DNA of 52,784 nucleotides from Pseudomonadota bacterium (GTDB taxonomy: Bacteria; Pseudomonadota; Alphaproteobacteria; SMXQ01), in the NCBI GenBank assembly GCA_022566265.1, contig JADFJG010000010.1:1-52784 (forward strand), given 5' to 3'. The notes under the pieces were generated by a model, which did no database searches, was not told the DNA's origin, and saw nothing but the letters and a program-made list of their open reading frames with translations. Position numbers and translations under genes: made by a program. Position 1 is the stretch's first letter. Every line of letters begins with the position of its first letter. This document shows positions 23,327-32,548 of the stretch, in pieces.

Positions 23327-24115
23327 CTAGTCTTCGCCCGCGTCCGCCGCCTCGCGCTTGGCGCGGCTTCTCTCCACCAGCCACACGGCTACGATGGAGA
23401 CCTCGTAAAGGAAAATGATGGGAAGCGCGAGGCCGATCTGGCTGATGAGGTCGGGCGGGGTGAGAACGGCGGCGACGATGAAGACGATGACCAGGGCATA
23501 TTTCCGCTTTTTCCTGAGGGTCGTGGCGGTCACCAGCCCGACCCGGGCCATGAGGGTGAGGAGTATGGGAAGCTGGAAGCAAAGCCCGAAGGCGAAGATC
23601 AGCTTCATCACCAGGGAAAGATATTCGCCGACCCGCGCCTCGAGCTGGATCGGCAAGCCGCCGCCGGCTCCGGTGGTCTCGAAACTGAGGAAGAACTGCC
23701 AGGCGAGGGGGAAGATCCAATAATAAACCAGCGCCCCGCCGAGGAAGAACAGGATCGGGGTGGCGATCAGGAAGGGCAGGAACGCGACCTTTTCGTTGCG
23801 GTAAAGTCCGGGCGCGATGAACATCCAGAGCTGGATGGCGATGAAGGGAAAGGAAAGGAAGGCGCCGGCGAAGAACGCCACCTTGACGTAGGTGAAGAAG
23901 GTCTCGGTCAGGCCGGTGAAGATCATCCGCCGGCCCTCTTGCTGGCCGATGGCGTCGGCCAGGGGCTGGACCAGGAAGGCGAAAATATATTCGGCGAAGA
24001 AGTAGCTGGCGAGGAACCCGACCAGCAACGCCGCCACCGCATAGATCAGCCGGTTGCGCAACTCGACCAAATGATCGAGCAGCGGCATTTTCTGGTCTTC
24101 GGCGCCTTCGGTCAC
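23327..24115 (-). CDS. tatC: Twin-arginine translocase subunit TatC
   Basis: MPLLDHLVELRNRLIY plus a 6-TM profile. Confidence 0.95.
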   Translation of the reverse strand: MTEGAEDQKMPLLDHLVELRNRLIYAVAALLVGFLASYFFAEYIFAFLVQPLADAIGQQEGRRMIFTGLTETFFTYVKVAFFAGAFLSFPFIAIQLWMFIAPGLYRNEKVAFLPFLIATPILFFLGGALVYYWIFPLAWQFFLSFETTGAGGGLPIQLEARVGEYLSLVMKLIFAFGLCFQLPILLTLMARVGLVTATTLRKKRKYALVIVFIVAAVLTPPDLISQIGLALPIIFLYEVSIVAVWLVERSRAKREAADAGED

Positions 24116-24129
24116 CGTTTCGGCTCCGT

Positions 24130-24603
24130 TCAGCCGCCGCCCTTGGCGGGCACTCTATGCTCGTCCGCCTTGGACTCTTTCTCCCCCGGCTCCTCGTCCT
24201 CCGCGGCCTCCGCCTCCGTCCCGGCATCGCCTTCGGCGCCGGCCTCGATCTCGTCCTCGGCGGTGCTTGTCTCGGCTTTCGCCGGCAGGGGCCCTTCTTC
24301 GGCCTCGTCGGGCGGGGAATAGTCGGGATCGAAGGCGCCCTTCAACTCGGCGTCCGGATCGATGGATTTTTCGATCATGCCGCCGATATTGCCGGTCGCC
24401 GATTCTATCTCCTTCTTGACTTCGTCTATCCCGCTCTCCCGCGCCATGTCCTCGAGCCCGTCCTGGAACTCACGCGCCATGGCCCGGGCCTTCGACACCC
24501 ACTGGCCGAGGGTGCGCAGCACTCCCGGAAGCTCCTTCGGTCCGATAAAGATGATCACCACGAGGGCGATCACCGCCATCTCGGTCCAGCCGATATCAAA
24601 CAT
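24130..24603 (-). CDS. tatB: Twin-arginine translocase subunit TatB
   Basis: MFDIGWTEMAVIALVVIIFIGPKELP followed by an amphipathic, acidic tail. Confidence 0.9.
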   Translation of the reverse strand: MFDIGWTEMAVIALVVIIFIGPKELPGVLRTLGQWVSKARAMAREFQDGLEDMARESGIDEVKKEIESATGNIGGMIEKSIDPDAELKGAFDPDYSPPDEAEEGPLPAKAETSTAEDEIEAGAEGDAGTEAEAAEDEEPGEKESKADEHRVPAKGGG

Positions 24604-24669
24604 CGCGGCTCACGGGCCAGTGAAAGTAAGAACTCGTTGCGGGGCGTAGAAGTCTACCCTGCCGGCGGC

Positions 24670-24894
24670 TCAGTTCTTGGCCGGCTTGTCGTCCTCGACG
24701 CTGGATTTGGCGGTGGTCTCGGCCTCTTGTTCGAGGGATTCCTTGTCGTCATCGGCCCCGATATCCTTGAGGCCGGACTTGAAGTTCTTAACGCCCTTGG
24801 CGACATCCCCCATCACCTTCGGCAGTTTGCCGGCGCCAAAAATGATCAGCACGATTGCCAGGATGAGGACGACCTGCCAGACACCAATACTCAT
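24670..24894 (-). CDS. tatA: Twin-arginine translocase subunit TatA
   Basis: ILAIVLIIFGAGKLPKVMGD hinge motif; 74 aa. Confidence 0.9.
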   Translation of the reverse strand: MSIGVWQVVLILAIVLIIFGAGKLPKVMGDVAKGVKNFKSGLKDIGADDDKESLEQEAETTAKSSVEDDKPAKN

Positions 24895-24983
24895 CTGCCT
24901 ATCTCCGAAATCTAAGGCCTATCATAAAGTTAGGCCGATCATGCCAGAAAGCAAGAAGCGGGGCAACGTCCGTCGACAGGGCC

Positions 24984-26066
24984 CTATTCCGCCCCATCGG
25001 CGGGAAAGATGAAGATTTGGCTGTGGTCCAGGCGGACGTTGACGGTCTCGTCGTCGCCCGGCAGGTATCGCGCCGGCACCCGGGAATGGAAGTGCAGATG
25101 TTCGCCCTCGAAATTGCCGATGCAGAGATGGATGAAGCTGGCCCGGCGCAGCCGGCGCGCGGTGATCACCCGGGCCTTCACGGCGTCCACCTCTCCGCCG
25201 TCCGTTCCCAAGGGGGTGACGCGGACGGCTTCGGGACGGATCAGGACATCGACCGCGGTGCCGTCGGGCATTTCGCCGGCGGCGATGGAACCGAAGGGAG
25301 TCTCTATGGAATTTCCTTTAACAACACCTGTTATCCTATTGATAGAACTGAAGAATTCAGTAACGAAGGCGTTGACGGGATGGCAGTAGAGCTCCTCCGG
25401 CGCCCCCGATTGGGCGATCGCTCCATCGTTCAGCAGGACGATGCGATCGACCATGTACATGGCCTCCTCGGGATCGTGGGTGACGATCAGGGTGGTGGTG
25501 CCGCTGTCCTTCAGGATATGCAGCGTCTCGTCGCGGATCTGGCTGCGCAGCTTGGCGTCGAGGCCGGTGAACGGCTCGTCCAGCAGCAACAGCCGGGGCG
25601 ACGGCGCCAGGGCCCGGGCCAGGGCGACGCGCTGCTGCTGGCCGCCCGAAAGGACGTGGGGATAGCTTTCGGCGAAGGCCGTCATGCCGACCAGCTCGAG
25701 CACCTCAAGCGCGCGGCGGCGCTTCTCCGCCCCTTTGAGTCGCGCCAGCCCGAAGGCCACGTTCCCGACCACCGTGAGGTGGGGAAACAGGGCCCCTTCC
25801 TGGAACACCAGCCCGACGCCCCTGCTTTCCGGCGGCACCTGGACGACGCCGTCGGCGACCGGCTGGCCGTTGATCAGGATGCGGCCCTCCTGCAATTCCT
25901 CGAGCCCGGCGGCGAGACGAAGGAGCGTCGTCTTGCCGCTGCCCGACGGCCCCAGCAGGCCGAGCAGCTCGCCAGGGGCGACGGTGAAGCTCACCTCGTC
26001 GATGACCCGGACGCGATCGAAGGCGTGGCTCACATTCTCCAGCTCCAGGACGGCCGTCTCGCTCAT
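24984..26066 (-). CDS. Fe(3+)-type ABC importer ATP-binding protein
   Basis: Walker A GPSGSGKTT, signature LSGGQQQRVALARAL, Walker B LLLDEP, and a C-terminal regulatory domain. The ATG at 26064-26066 is preceded by AAGGGA. Confidence 0.9.
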   Translation of the reverse strand: MSETAVLELENVSHAFDRVRVIDEVSFTVAPGELLGLLGPSGSGKTTLLRLAAGLEELQEGRILINGQPVADGVVQVPPESRGVGLVFQEGALFPHLTVVGNVAFGLARLKGAEKRRRALEVLELVGMTAFAESYPHVLSGGQQQRVALARALAPSPRLLLLDEPFTGLDAKLRSQIRDETLHILKDSGTTTLIVTHDPEEAMYMVDRIVLLNDGAIAQSGAPEELYCHPVNAFVTEFFSSINRITGVVKGNSIETPFGSIAAGEMPDGTAVDVLIRPEAVRVTPLGTDGGEVDAVKARVITARRLRRASFIHLCIGNFEGEHLHFHSRVPARYLPGDDETVNVRLDHSQIFIFPADGAE

Positions 26067-26067
26067 C

Positions 26068-27768
26068 TCATCCCTTTCCATGTCCCGGCCGGGAACGGGC
26101 GATGGCGATGGAGAGCAACACCACCGGGATCACCCCGACCAGCACGATCGCCAGCGCCGAGCTCGAGGCGTCGGCCAGGCGTTCATCGGACGCCAACTGA
26201 TAGGTCCGGACCGCCAGTGTATCAAAATTGAAGGGACGAAGGAAAAGGGTCGCCGGCAGCTCCTTCATGACATCGACGAAGACGAGGATTCCGGCGGTCA
26301 GCAGGGAACCGTAGATCATCGGCAAATGGACGTTCAAGAGCGTGTTGCCGGGCTTTCGTCCGAGCGTGCGCGAGGCGTCGTCCATGCCGGTGGTGACCTT
26401 ATCCAGGCTGGCTTCCACCGTATTCAGCGAGATCGCCAGGAAGCGCACCAGATAGGCGAAGATCACGGCGAAAATGGTGCCGCTGAAAACCAGACCCGGC
26501 GAGACGTCGAAGCCGGCCCGCAGCCAGTCGTTGAGGACGGTGTCGAACCATGCGAAGGGCAGCAGGACGCCGACGGCGATGACGGCGCCGGGGACGGCGT
26601 AACCCATGCTGGCGACCCTGGCGGCGAACACCAACACCTTGTTCTGTTGGTGCAGACGCAGCCCGTAGACCATCACCAGCGCGATCGCCACGGCGAGCAA
26701 CGAGGCGATAGCGGCGAGCGAGAAGCTGTTGGCGGTGTAAGCAAAGAAACGCGCGTCGATCATCCGATCGGCGGTCTCCACCGTCCAGTCGAGGAGCACC
26801 GCGCCCGGCAACGCGAAGCCGAGGAATATGGGCAGGACACAGGCGGTGGACGCGGCGGCCGAGGAGGCGCCGGTAAGTCGGTAGCGCGGCAGAGCCCGGT
26901 AACGGCTGGTGGTGTGCCGCACCCGGACCCGGCCGCGCGACAGGCGTTCGATCAGGACCAGGGCGAAAATGAAGATCATCAAGGTCGCCGCCAATTGCGT
27001 CGCCGCCTGCGCCTCGCCCATGCCGAACCAGGTGCGGAAGATGCCGGTGGTGAAGGTGTCGACGGCGAAGTACTGCACCGTGCCGAAATCATTGAGCGTC
27101 TCCATCAGCGCCAAGGCCACCCCGGCGGCGATTCCCGGCCGCGCCAGCGGCAGGGCGACGGAAAAAAAGCTCCGCCAGGGGTTACAGCCAAGCGTGCGGC
27201 TGACCTCGAGGACGGCGACCGATTGCTCGAGGAAGGCGATCCGCGACAGCAGATAGACATAGGGGTAGAGCACCAGCGTCATCATGGCGATGGCGCCGCC
27301 GATGCTGCGAATCTCGGGAAACCAGTAATCGCCTTTCCCCAGGTCCAGGGAGTCCCGGAGGTATCCCTGGACCGGACCGGCGAACTCGAACAGGCCGGTA
27401 TAGGTGTAGGCGATGACGTAGGCCGGCACCGCCAAGGGAAGCAGCAGCGCCCATTCGAAGATCGGCCGCCCCCAAAACCGGCACATGGTGACGAGCCAGG
27501 CGGTGGCGACACCGATGACGAGGGTGCCGGTGCCGACCCCGATCATCAGCCACAGCGAGTTGACGACATAGCCGGTAAGCACGGTCTCCGCCAGGTGCCG
27601 CCAGACGTCGCCCGCGGGGATGAAGAAATGGGAGAGCACCACCAGGACCGGCACCGAAACCAGCGCCGCGACGCCGATGGTGAAGACCGACCATCCGTCG
27701 AGCCAACCGAGCCCGGCGCCACGCCCGGTCCACTTCCGGGAGACCAATGTATCGGCGCTCAACGCCAC
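26068..27768 (-). CDS. Iron ABC transporter permease (duplicated two-domain type); start uncertain
   Basis: 566 aa with about 12 TM segments and two permease repeats, as in FbpB/AfuB-like proteins. Confidence 0.88.
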   Translation of the reverse strand: MALSADTLVSRKWTGRGAGLGWLDGWSVFTIGVAALVSVPVLVVLSHFFIPAGDVWRHLAETVLTGYVVNSLWLMIGVGTGTLVIGVATAWLVTMCRFWGRPIFEWALLLPLAVPAYVIAYTYTGLFEFAGPVQGYLRDSLDLGKGDYWFPEIRSIGGAIAMMTLVLYPYVYLLSRIAFLEQSVAVLEVSRTLGCNPWRSFFSVALPLARPGIAAGVALALMETLNDFGTVQYFAVDTFTTGIFRTWFGMGEAQAATQLAATLMIFIFALVLIERLSRGRVRVRHTTSRYRALPRYRLTGASSAAASTACVLPIFLGFALPGAVLLDWTVETADRMIDARFFAYTANSFSLAAIASLLAVAIALVMVYGLRLHQQNKVLVFAARVASMGYAVPGAVIAVGVLLPFAWFDTVLNDWLRAGFDVSPGLVFSGTIFAVIFAYLVRFLAISLNTVEASLDKVTTGMDDASRTLGRKPGNTLLNVHLPMIYGSLLTAGILVFVDVMKELPATLFLRPFNFDTLAVRTYQLASDERLADASSSALAIVLVGVIPVVLLSIAIARSRPGHGKG

Positions 27769-27811
27769 TCCCTTTCGGGTCCGCGCCCGCCCGCCGAGCC
27801 AATTTGGGCCC

Positions 27812-28867
27812 TCACCGCCATCCCGCCCGGTCCATCAGGCGGACCGCCTCGCCGTTATGCTGGCTGAGCACGGCGACATTGAGGCTGTCGGCCTTGAACG
27901 CTCCCCATGAAGCGACGATGGCGGATCGGGCGGCCTTGGGGTTGACCGGGTATTCGTAATTGGCTTCGGCGAACAGCTTTTGCGCTTCCGGGGCGGCCAG
28001 GAATTCCAGGAGCTTGATGGCGCCCGCCTTGTTTCTCGCGTATTTCGTGACACCGGCGCCGCTGATGTTGACGTGCGCCCCGCGCCCCTTCTGGTTGGGG
28101 AAGAAGACGCCGATCTTGGCCGTCAGTTTGCGTTCCCTCGGCTTTTTGGACGCGACCAGACGGCCGAGATAGTAGGTGTTGGCGATGGCGATATCGCCCT
28201 CGCCGGCGCCAACGGCGCGGATCTGGTCCCTGTCGCCGCCCTTTGGCCGGCGCGCCATGTTGGCGACCAGGCGTCTGGCCCAGGCCTCGGTTTTGTCGAA
28301 ACCATTGGCGGCGATCAGCGAGGCCACCAGGGACTGGTTGTAGATGTTGTTGGAGGAACGGATAAGAATGCGTCCCTTCCATTTGCTATCGGCAAGGCCC
28401 TCGTAGGTCGAGAGTTCGGAGGGCTTGACGCGGTCTATGTGGTACATGATCACCCGTGCCCGCATGGTCAGGCCGAACCAATGTCCGCCGCTTTCGCGGA
28501 AACGGGCCGGTATCGCCGCCTCCAACACCTTAGATCGGACGGGCTGAAACAACCCCGCGGCCTGGGCTCGCCCCAGGTTCCCGGCGTCGACGGTGATCAG
28601 GAGATCCGCCGGGCTGTACCTGCCTTCGCGCTTCAGCCGTTCGAAGAGTGCATTGGACTTGCCTTGCAAGAGGTTGATCTTAATTCCGGTTTCGGCGGTG
28701 AACTGGTCATAGAGTGTCTGGTCGACATCGTAATGGCGCGACGAATAGATGTTGACTTCCGCCGCCCATGCGGCCGCCGTGAAAGTTCCCACCGAGCCGG
28801 TCATGACCGCCACGAGCGCGGACGCGGCTACGATCCCCGCCTTCGCTCGAGCTGAAAATTTGTTCAT
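27812..28867 (-). CDS. Fe(3+) ABC transporter substrate-binding protein (FbpA/FutA-like)
   Basis: Signal peptide, then VNIYSSRHYD..LLITVDAGNL..WFGLTMRARVIMY.. Trimmed to the ATG at 28865-28867, which has AAGGA upstream. Confidence 0.88.
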   Translation of the reverse strand: MNKFSARAKAGIVAASALVAVMTGSVGTFTAAAWAAEVNIYSSRHYDVDQTLYDQFTAETGIKINLLQGKSNALFERLKREGRYSPADLLITVDAGNLGRAQAAGLFQPVRSKVLEAAIPARFRESGGHWFGLTMRARVIMYHIDRVKPSELSTYEGLADSKWKGRILIRSSNNIYNQSLVASLIAANGFDKTEAWARRLVANMARRPKGGDRDQIRAVGAGEGDIAIANTYYLGRLVASKKPRERKLTAKIGVFFPNQKGRGAHVNISGAGVTKYARNKAGAIKLLEFLAAPEAQKLFAEANYEYPVNPKAARSAIVASWGAFKADSLNVAVLSQHNGEAVRLMDRAGWR

Positions 28868-28913
28868 ATCTTTTTTCCTTTGTCCATCGCCTTTCCCTGA
28901 TTTCAGGCGGTTA

Positions 28914-28936
28914 TTGCGACTGATAATCATTCGCAA
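28914..28936. promoter_or_regulatory. Fur-family-like operator palindrome upstream of the iron transporter
   Basis: TTGCGACTGATAATCATTCGCAA is a 23-bp near-perfect palindrome (one mismatched pair). Its core, GATAATCATT, matches the classical Fur box. It lies 47-69 bp upstream of the substrate-binding-protein ATG. Confidence 0.55.
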
Positions 28937-29208
28937 CTACCGCCTCAGTATCTTCTAAGCCCAATCGGGCCGCAATGCAAACATCCTAATGTGATGAAAA
29001 CACTCTGATTTGTCGAGTTGCTATCGCTCTGGACTAGAGCCAAAGCCTTAATTAGCGATTAAGCGGCCATGTCGTTGTGAAGGACCGTGCCTCGGCCGCC
29101 TCCCCTCCTCGATCACCAGGTGGCGTCATCGGGGCGGTCAACCGGCGATGCGGTTTGCCGGCGTCGGCTTGGCCGATGGGTGAGCTTCCGGATCACCCCG
29201 TCCCTCGA

Positions 29209-29988
29209 TCATTCCGCATGGGGATGATCGGCGGGAGCTTCGCCGGCCCGGCCCGGCGCTTCGTGCAATTGGGCCGGCGCTTCGCCCACCTGGGCCTGTG
29301 CTTCGCGCACTTGGGCTTGTGCTTCGTGCACCTGGGCTTCTGCTTCGCGCCCTTGGGAAGGCGTGTTCTCCTCCGGGTCCGGCGCCTCGTCGTCGGTTTC
29401 GGACGGATCATCGTCGCCGGATTTTGCCCCCTGGCGCCCGGCGATATCGATCGCCGGACGCTTATCCAGTAACCCGGCGGCCTTGAGCTCGTCTATTCCC
29501 GGCAGATCGTCGAGGTTATCGAGACCGAAATCATGGAGGAAGCTCGCCGCCGTGCCCCAGGTCACCGGCCGTCCGGGCGAACGCCGCCGGCCCTTCGGCC
29601 CGATCCAGCCCGCCTCGAAGAGGATGTCGAGCGTGCTCTTGGAAAGGCCGACACCGCGGATCTCCTCGATCTCGGCCCGGGTGACCGGCTGGTGATAGGC
29701 GATGATGGCAAGCGTCTCGATCGCCGCGCGCGACAGCTTGCGGGGCACCGACGTGTGCACCCTGAGTTGCGCCGCGAGATCGGGCGCCGTGCAGAACGCC
29801 CAGTGCCCTCCGGCGCGGATCAGGTTGACGCCGCGGTTCTCATAGAGCCGGGCGAGCCTGGCGAGCAGAGCCGTGACATCGGCCCCGTCGGGAAGACGGG
29901 TGGCGATGGTCACCTCGTCAAGGGGCTCGGCGGCGGCGAACAGCACCGCTTCGATCAGGCGTAAATGTTGGCTGTCGACCTCGTTCAT
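29209..29988 (-). CDS. scpB: Segregation and condensation protein B, with a repetitive C-terminal extension
   Basis: LIEAVLFAAAEPL.. plus winged-helix core. The tail reads EAEAQVHEAQAQVREAQAQVGEAPAQLHEAP. Confidence 0.9.
   Translation of the reverse strand: MNEVDSQHLRLIEAVLFAAAEPLDEVTIATRLPDGADVTALLARLARLYENRGVNLIRAGGHWAFCTAPDLAAQLRVHTSVPRKLSRAAIETLAIIAYHQPVTRAEIEEIRGVGLSKSTLDILFEAGWIGPKGRRRSPGRPVTWGTAASFLHDFGLDNLDDLPGIDELKAAGLLDKRPAIDIAGRQGAKSGDDDPSETDDEAPDPEENTPSQGREAEAQVHEAQAQVREAQAQVGEAPAQLHEAPGRAGEAPADHPHAE
29258..29362. repeat. Five tandem 21-bp (heptad) repeats inside the scpB 3' end
   Basis: Units of GCTTCG(c/t)(c/g)CAC(c/t)TGGGC(c/t)(t/g)(g/c)T type at 29258, 29279, 29300, 29321 and 29342. 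Confidence 0.85.
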
Positions 29989-30767
29989 TTCTTCTCTCGC
30001 GCTTTACGTAGATATATCGGTCCGAACGGCACCGTCTGGCGCAACTCCGCCTGGCCTTCGCGCACCGCCTCGAGCGAGGCGGCGAAAGTGGAGGCGACGG
30101 CCGAGCGCATGAGGGGACCCTTCTTCAAGCCCTGGGGCAGGAACTTGCTCAACAGTTCCCAATCGGGGGTCTCACCGAGGAGATCCTGGAGGCGCTCGAG
30201 GGCCTGCTCGACGGAATAGTAATCGAGCGGAGCGATGTAGAGGGTGCTGTCGGCGAGGCGTGCCCGCAGATCCCCATAACCCTTGAGCAACCCATAAAGA
30301 TTGGCGGCGAAGATGTTTTCGGTGATGATTTCGGCTTCTTCCGGCCGGCCCCGGCGGAACACGTCCCGCCCGACCAGCGGACGCGCCATGAGCCGCGCGC
30401 CGACTTCCTGAATCGCCTCGATCCGGCGCAGCTGGAAGGCCAGGGCCTCGGCCATCTGCTGCCCGCTCGGCTGTTCGTCGTCCTCGACCTCGGGCAGCAG
30501 AAGGCGCGACTTGAGATAGGCGAGCCACGCCGCCATCACCAGATAGTCGGCCGCCAGTTCCAGGCGCACCCGCCGGGCGCGGGTGATGAAGGCGAGATAC
30601 TGATCGGCGAGCTCGAGGATGGAGATCTGGGTGATATCGACCTTCTGTTCCCGCGCCAGGGCGAGGAGGACGTCGATCGGCCCTTCGAACCCATCGAGGT
30701 CCAGGTACAACTGGCCTTCCGGTGCCCGTGGGGCGGCGCCCGTGTCGAATTGTTCTTGGTCTGTCAT
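29985..30767 (-). CDS. scpA: Segregation and condensation protein A
   Basis: LDGFEGPIDVLLALAREQKVDITQISILELADQY. It overlaps scpB by 4 nt. Confidence 0.9.
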   Translation of the reverse strand: MTDQEQFDTGAAPRAPEGQLYLDLDGFEGPIDVLLALAREQKVDITQISILELADQYLAFITRARRVRLELAADYLVMAAWLAYLKSRLLLPEVEDDEQPSGQQMAEALAFQLRRIEAIQEVGARLMARPLVGRDVFRRGRPEEAEIITENIFAANLYGLLKGYGDLRARLADSTLYIAPLDYYSVEQALERLQDLLGETPDWELLSKFLPQGLKKGPLMRSAVASTFAASLEAVREGQAELRQTVPFGPIYLRKAREKK

Positions 30768-30776
30768 TGGTATAGC

Positions 30777-31466
30777 TCAACCATGTCCGGTCAAGGTGGC
30801 GATCAAATGAATCAAATAATTCACCGGCGCGCCGATCAGCCAAGGGAAAATTTCGAGGTTGACCCCCAGGCGGCCACCCAGCCAAGGCAAAAGGAAAAGT
30901 GCCCCTATGATAATGAACAGTCCCCATCGTTCAAGTCTCGCCAGCGGAAAAGCGAGCGCATCGGGCAACAGGCCGACGGCGACCCGGCCGCCGTCGAGCG
31001 GCGGCAGCGGCAGCATATTGAAGATCGCCAGCAACACATTGATGAGGACGGAATTACTCAGGTTATCGTCGAACCATAAGGCCGCGGTGCGGGGCAGCAG
31101 GTCCACCAAGTGCAGAAGCAATGCCGACACCGTGGCCAGGATCAAGTTCGTCGCCGGCCCCGCCGCCGCCACCCACACCATGTCCCGCCTCGGATTGTTG
31201 AGGCGGGAAAAGTTGACCGGCACCGGCTTGGCGTAACCGAAAAGAAAGGGGCTCTTCACCAGCAACAAAAGGGCGGGAAGGAGGATGGTGCCGAAACGGT
31301 CGATATGTTTGAGCGGATTGAAGGTGACGCGCCCGGCGCTCAACGCGGTGTCGTCACCGAGCTTGAGGGCGACATAGCCGTGCGCCGCCTCGTGCAGGGT
31401 GATGGCGAGGAGCACCGGGATCACCCAGACGGAGGCGGTATAGAGGCCGGACCAGAACCCGCTCAT
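30777..31466 (-). CDS. Site-2 protease family (M50) membrane metalloprotease
   Basis: HEAAHG zinc motif in the first TM region; polytopic; NMLPLPPLDGG motif. Confidence 0.85.
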   Translation of the reverse strand: MSGFWSGLYTASVWVIPVLLAITLHEAAHGYVALKLGDDTALSAGRVTFNPLKHIDRFGTILLPALLLLVKSPFLFGYAKPVPVNFSRLNNPRRDMVWVAAAGPATNLILATVSALLLHLVDLLPRTAALWFDDNLSNSVLINVLLAIFNMLPLPPLDGGRVAVGLLPDALAFPLARLERWGLFIIIGALFLLPWLGGRLGVNLEIFPWLIGAPVNYLIHLIATLTGHG

Positions 31467-32548
31467 GCGCCGTTCGATCCTCCGCCGCCGAACAGGGTAT
31501 CGATGCGTCTCTCGACTATGGCCCGATCCACCGGTTCGGGTTTTCGCCGCATCCCGAGGCCCCGCGCCAGGCGCGCCAGGGCGGTCTCGCTCATGGCGCC
31601 CGAGGCCGCCGCCACCGCTTCCATCTCGTCGAGCTTACCGCTGCAATGGAGCGCCACGTCGCAGCCGCCGGCAAGCACCGCCTCGGCCCTTTCCGGTAGG
31701 CTTCCCTTGAGCGCCTCCATCGAGAGATCGTCCGACAGCAAGACCCCCTCGAAACCGAGTTCGCCGCGGATGACGCCATCGGTCACCGCGCGGGAAACCG
31801 TCGCCGGGGCTTTGGCGTCTATGGCTTGGTAGACGACATGGGCGGCCATGGCGAAGGGCTGCGCGCCGAGCGCCTTGAAAGGGACGAAGTCCCGTAACCT
31901 CAGCTCCTCCAGCGGCGCGTTCACCACCGGCAGATCAAAGTGGCTGTCCGTCATCGCCCGCCCATGGCCGGGGATGTGTTTGAGCACCGGCATGACGCCG
32001 CCCTCGAGCAGACCGTGGCAAAAAGCCTCGCCCAGCGCCGCCACCGTTTTGGGCGAGGCCGAGAAGGCGCGGTCGCCGATGACGTCATGCGCGCCGGGCA
32101 TCGGGACGTCCAGCACCGGGGCGCAATCGACGTTGATGCCGATATCGTCGAGATCGGCGGCGAGCAGACGGGCGTTCAGCCGCGCCGCCTCGAGCGCCCC
32201 TTCCCTGTCCCGTTCGAACAGCGTGCCGAAGGCCGCCGCCGCCGGGGCGGCGCGCCAATGGGGAGGCTTGAGCCTGGCCACCTTGCCCCCTTCCTGATCG
32301 ATCAGCACCAGGGCATCGTCGCGCCCGACCGAGGCCCTGAGCGCCGCGGTCAGGGCGCGGATCTGATCCGGCGATTCACAGTTGTTGGCGAACAGGATGA
32401 AACCGAGTGGATTGGCGGTCCGGAAAAAGTCGCGTTCCGCCTCGCCGAGCGTCAATCCGGCGCAACCGAAGATGACCGCCTTTGGCGCCGTTGCCGCCTC
32501 CTCCGGTGAAGCCGGGACTTGAGACCGGGGCGTCTCAGGGCTTGACAA
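31463..32548 (-). CDS. nagZ: Beta-N-acetylhexosaminidase
   Basis: LIDQEGGKVARL, KHIPGHG and LLSDDLSM motifs of the GH3 NagZ family. Confidence 0.9.
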   Translation of the reverse strand: MSSPETPRSQVPASPEEAATAPKAVIFGCAGLTLGEAERDFFRTANPLGFILFANNCESPDQIRALTAALRASVGRDDALVLIDQEGGKVARLKPPHWRAAPAAAAFGTLFERDREGALEAARLNARLLAADLDDIGINVDCAPVLDVPMPGAHDVIGDRAFSASPKTVAALGEAFCHGLLEGGVMPVLKHIPGHGRAMTDSHFDLPVVNAPLEELRLRDFVPFKALGAQPFAMAAHVVYQAIDAKAPATVSRAVTDGVIRGELGFEGVLLSDDLSMEALKGSLPERAEAVLAGGCDVALHCSGKLDEMEAVAAASGAMSETALARLARGLGMRRKPEPVDRAIVERRIDTLFGGGGSNGA

